Assembly: GCA_001724265.1 (NCBI GenBank)
Contig: MEDY01000017.1
Coordinates: 1-64,000, forward strand
Length of the DNA stretch: 64,000 nucleotides
Source: Rhizaria sp. SCN 62-66
Taxonomy: Eukaryota
Direction: 5' to 3'
Shown: positions 60,431-64,000 of the stretch, piece after piece
How the letters are laid out: each line of letters opens with the position of its first letter
Position numbering within the stretch: the first letter of the stretch is position 1
Notes under the pieces: model-generated
Told to the model about the DNA's origin: nothing
Database searches by the model: none
The model's input: the letters and a program-made list of their open reading frames with translations, nothing else
Program-made: the position numbers and the translations under genes

Positions 60431-63400
60431 TCAAACGGGGCCACCGCGCGCGATCTTCTTGCCACCCTCGAGCGTGATATTGGCCGAATGCGCCGTGCGC
60501 TTGCGCTCCTTGGCGACGCCCACCTTGCCCTGGGCCGCAAGCTTGCCCTGGTGCTCCGCCGCCATGCCCTTGGTCCACCGCAGCGGGGCGATGATCTCAC
60601 CAGCCTTCGTGGAGACCGCGGGCCGCACCATGAGCCTGTGCATGCTGTTAGTCTGCCAGTCTGCGCCGAGCGGCATGCGCATCGCGGCGTCGTACTGCTC
60701 GCGCGACGCGTACGCCGACGGGATCACCGCGATCTTGTACTTATCGACGGCCTTGTGCTTATCCTGGTTGATCTCCACGCCCTTAAGGTTCAAGTCACTG
60801 CGCGCGCCAAGGATCGCAGCGCGGCGAGCCTCGACGTCCGCCTGCGCCTTCGCGCGGAGTTCGGCCTCCTTGCGCGCGCGCTTGGCGTTAACCTTGATCT
60901 TACCGGCGCCACCCCACGCGCCCCAACCGGGCAGACCGCCCGCCAGAGGGTCAACCTGCGGGAGATTGGCCTCGATCCCAGCCTTCTTGCTTTTCTCGAA
61001 CTCGGCGAGCTCGTCCGCGCCCGCCGAGAATGCCATTGCGACGATCTTCGCCTGTTCAGCCTGGTCAAGCAAGTCGACACCAGCGCCTTCATCCTCGCCG
61101 TCGAACCGCTCGTCGTCGACGTCGCCCTGCAAGACGAGCCGCGGCTTAACAATGAGCGAGGTCGAGGTGTCAAGCACGACGTCGCCGGCTTCGGCCAGCG
61201 CGCCGACCGCGCCGGGCAGCCCGACGCTGGCCGTGGCGGCGACCTTGCCAGCGGCGATCGCGGCGGCGGCGGCGGCCTTCTGGTTCAGCACGGCCGCACC
61301 CTTGTCACCCAGGGGAGCACCCTGTGTGAGACGGTCCTTGACCGGCGCCGCACGGCCGCCACGGGCCTCGCTGGCGGAGTTCCGGCCCCAGGCACCGGCA
61401 CCGGCGTCGCCGTTGTCGCCGTCGTCGTCGCTCAGCTCGATGTCGCCACTCGCAGCGTCAGGCTTCTTGCTGTTCTTGTCTGCGTTCGCGCCGGCGGCGA
61501 CCGTCGCAGTGGCGGAGCGGGGCGCGACGGAGAGCGCGTGCTGGCTCTTGGGGCCGGCCTTGCGCTTCGCAGGCTCCACACTCTTCCCCTGGTCATCGTC
61601 AGAGATCGCCGCGTCGTCGTCGCTGAGAACGAGCTCCTCGACGTTCACGTCGTCCTCGCCGGCCTTCTGAGAGCGGGTCTTAAGCCCCACGGCCGCGGCA
61701 GCTTCGCGCTCCTCCCGTTCCAGCTCATCGCGCAAGCGCTGCTCGGCGAGGTTCTGCTGGTCCTTCTCGTCGACGCGGCGGCGTTGCTCCTGCGACGACA
61801 GCTGCGCCAGCGCCGACGCCAGACCAGCGGCCGCGGCGGACTTGCCGTCAGCGCGGGTGGGGGCGGTGCCCTTGGCCGTGGCCGCGGCGCCGTCGCCGGT
61901 GCCGAAGTCATCAACATCGACGTCAAACAGACTCCCGGTGAAGGTCGCCACGCCCTTGCCACCGTTGACCGTGGTCAGTGCCTGGCCTGCGCGCTTGCCG
62001 GTGAGAGTCGCGACCGCGTCGGCCTTGGCAGCGGCGGCAGCGGCGGCGGCGGCGGCGCCCGTGAGCGCTCCACGCGCGATCATCACTGGCACGGCCTCCT
62101 CGGCGGCGGCGGCGGCGCGGCGCTTGTCGTCAAGCAGCGCCTGCGCCGCGCCGGCCTCGTTCTGCGCGCTGCTGGCGGCGCCGACGGTGCGACGCGCGTT
62201 GCCAGTCGCGCTGGCGGCGCTGTTGGAGGCGGACTCATCAGCGGCGCGCTTCTGCTGGCGCGCGGCGGCGGCGCCGTCCTTGTCTTCGCCAAACGCGATC
62301 GCGTCGGCGTCGTCGGCGTCGCCGTCACCGTCGCCGTCGTTCATGCTCTCGAGCATGGCCTTTGTCGTGGCGCGCTGCTTATCGGCCGCGCGCTGCATGA
62401 ATGCCAGTGCCATCACGCCCTTGACCTTGGAGCCGTCGGCCGCGGTGACCGTGGCTTGCAGAGCGCTGCCCACGGTGGGGCGGCGCGGGGCACGGTCAGA
62501 CATCGGCTGCTCACCGTCATCCATCGCATTGCCCTGACTAGCGTCAACGCCATACTCACGCTGGAGGGAAGCGAACCTGCGCTCGTCACGGGCGGCCTCT
62601 TCGTCAGAGGAGAGCTCAGAGTCTGCACGGCGGTCACCGTCGGCGGCCGCGGCGTCGGCAGCGGCGTCGTCGTCGTCGCCGTCCTTGGCGCCTAGCTGGG
62701 CCATCTTAGCGCGGAGTTCACGGGAAATCGCGATTTGATCCGCGATAGCCTTGCGGGCGATCTTGGCACCGTCAGATGACCGCGCGAGTTGGCGACGCGC
62801 CCACTGCGACTTGGTGGCGTGTGCCAGTGTCGCGCGCTCCTTAGCGCGGTTCATCTCCTGCTTCAGACGCTCGATCTCGGCCATCGCGGGGTCGATCTCC
62901 TCAAGCTCCTCAATCGAGAGCTGTTTCCGTTCGTTTTCCTTACGACGCAGCTTGCGTGTGCGCTTAGACTTGATCTTAGCGGCCTGCTTAAGTTTCTCCT
63001 CGTGGTAGAACATCACAGCGCGCATGCGGCGCATCTTGGCCTGGCGCTCAAGCGTCTCGTCTTCGGTGATCATGTTCTCCGCCAAGGTCTCACGCTCGCG
63101 GGCACGCATCGCCGTCTCTGACAGGCCGTATGTCTGCATCACAGACTCGAGATCGCGTTCAAGGTCAGACACGGGGTTGAACGACGCCTGCAGCGACGCC
63201 GACGTCGTGAAGCGCTTTTTGGGCTTGGACTGGGAGAAGACGAGACGAGTCGACTCGCGGTTCTTCTGCACCACCGCATCCCAGCGAGAGACCTCCTCCG
63301 CCGTGGCGTCGTGTGCGATCGCGCGCTCGAGGGCCTCCTGTTGCACGTCAGTCAACGGCGCCGCGAGGGTCTTGACTGCGTCGGAGCGGTTGAGCTTGCG

Positions 63401-64000
63401 GAGCTGCTTGGCAATGGTCTCGGCAGCGGCAGCAAGCTTTGACCCACTGGCACCGCGGAGATCGTCGTCGTCGGCGTCGGCGTCTTCGTCAAACGCGTCG
63501 TCGTCGTCGTTGTCGTCGTTCATGGCGTCGCCGCGGTCGGCGCGAGTGCGGGTGCGACCGGTGCCCGCGGCTTGGGAGAGAGTGGCGAGCAGAGCAGAGA
63601 CACTGAGCTTGCCACTAGCGGCGGCCTCAGCGTCCTCCTTGCTGGTAGCGCCGGCGCCGGCCTTGCCCTTCTCAGCAGCCTTGGCCTTGGCCTTGTCGCT
63701 GGCAAGCTTCTTACCCGCCTTGGTCGCGGCCGCGGCGGCCACAGCGGCCGCGGACCCGGCTTTCCCGTCGGTGATGTCAACGCCCATGCTCGCAAACAGC
63801 GCCGCGCCGCCATCGTCGTCGTCGCTGTCGCCGCCGCCGAGCCCGTCGTCAAAGGTCTTGACCGCGGCTGGCTTCATGGCGGGCACGGTGCCAAGCGCGT
63901 CTTCCTCGAGGAACTCACCGCGCTGCGCGCTGAGGGACACGAGCTCGCCGGCACGGCGGCCGACCCCGTGAAGCTTCTCCTGCTTGAGCGCCTCGACCTT
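60431..64000 (-). CDS. UTP14: U3 snoRNA-associated protein 14 (SSU processome); 5' end lies beyond the window
   Basis: Utp14 motifs SRWDAVVQKNR, KIKSKRTRK, RAKERATLAHATKSQWAR, LPGWGAWGGAG, MPLGADWQT, VSTKAGEIIAPL. The frame is open up to 64000. Ends in TGA. Confidence 0.92.
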   Translation of the reverse strand, partial: KVEALKQEKLHGVGRRAGELVSLSAQRGEFLEEDALGTVPAMKPAAVKTFDDGLGGGDSDDDDGGAALFASMGVDITDGKAGSAAAVAAAAATKAGKKLASDKAKAKAAEKGKAGAGATSKEDAEAAASGKLSVSALLATLSQAAGTGRTRTRADRGDAMNDDNDDDDAFDEDADADDDDLRGASGSKLAAAAETIAKQLRKLNRSDAVKTLAAPLTDVQQEALERAIAHDATAEEVSRWDAVVQKNRESTRLVFSQSKPKKRFTTSASLQASFNPVSDLERDLESVMQTYGLSETAMRARERETLAENMITEDETLERQAKMRRMRAVMFYHEEKLKQAAKIKSKRTRKLRRKENERKQLSIEELEEIDPAMAEIERLKQEMNRAKERATLAHATKSQWARRQLARSSDGAKIARKAIADQIAISRELRAKMAQLGAKDGDDDDAAADAAAADGDRRADSELSSDEEAARDERRFASLQREYGVDASQGNAMDDGEQPMSDRAPRRPTVGSALQATVTAADGSKVKGVMALAFMQRAADKQRATTKAMLESMNDGDGDGDADDADAIAFGEDKDGAAAARQQKRAADESASNSAASATGNARRTVGAASSAQNEAGAAQALLDDKRRAAAAAEEAVPVMIARGALTGAAAAAAAAAAKADAVATLTGKRAGQALTTVNGGKGVATFTGSLFDVDVDDFGTGDGAAATAKGTAPTRADGKSAAAAGLASALAQLSSQEQRRRVDEKDQQNLAEQRLRDELEREEREAAAAVGLKTRSQKAGEDDVNVEELVLSDDDAAISDDDQGKSVEPAKRKAGPKSQHALSVAPRSATATVAAGANADKNSKKPDAASGDIELSDDDGDNGDAGAGAWGRNSASEARGGRAAPVKDRLTQGAPLGDKGAAVLNQKAAAAAAIAAGKVAATASVGLPGAVGALAEAGDVVLDTSTSLIVKPRLVLQGDVDDERFDGEDEGAGVDLLDQAEQAKIVAMAFSAGADELAEFEKSKKAGIEANLPQVDPLAGGLPGWGAWGGAGKIKVNAKRARKEAELRAKAQADVEARRAAILGARSDLNLKGVEINQDKHKAVDKYKIAVIPSAYASREQYDAAMRMPLGADWQTNSMHRLMVRPAVSTKAGEIIAPLRWTKGMAAEHQGKLAAQGKVGVAKERKRTAHSANITLEGGKKIARGGPV

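Noticed and set aside
42911-63971. Long antisense and alternate-frame ORFs (e.g. 42911-44221, 60488-62695)
   Set aside because: Shadow ORFs caused by high GC and codon bias opposite well-supported genes.

Overview
Gene-dense nuclear DNA from an unidentified microbial eukaryote, with GC-rich coding regions, AT-rich spacers and short (126-205 nt) GT-AG introns. I can support 14 protein-coding genes: a B-box/coiled-coil protein (truncated by the window), a low-complexity polyQ protein, an S28 peptidase-like protein, an importin-alpha-like ARM protein, a giant UBR1-family N-recognin E3, a giant GON4L/DUO3-like Myb protein, an RMI1-like protein, an IPNS-family 2OG-Fe(II) oxygenase, a WW-myosin-MyTH4 motor, a calponin-homology protein, a coiled-coil protein, an N-acylated EF-hand protein, a giant SET-domain protein and UTP14 (truncated). 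The main result is an apparent non-standard genetic code. Ten in-frame TAG codons interrupt four otherwise intact genes, all 13 complete gene models end in TAA or TGA, and one TAG sits inside a CAG/CAA polyglutamine run. This points to UAG=Gln with UAA and UGA kept as stops, so UAG and UAA are decoupled. No RNA gene, CRISPR array or mobile element was recognised. All family calls come from motif recognition by eye, not from database searches.
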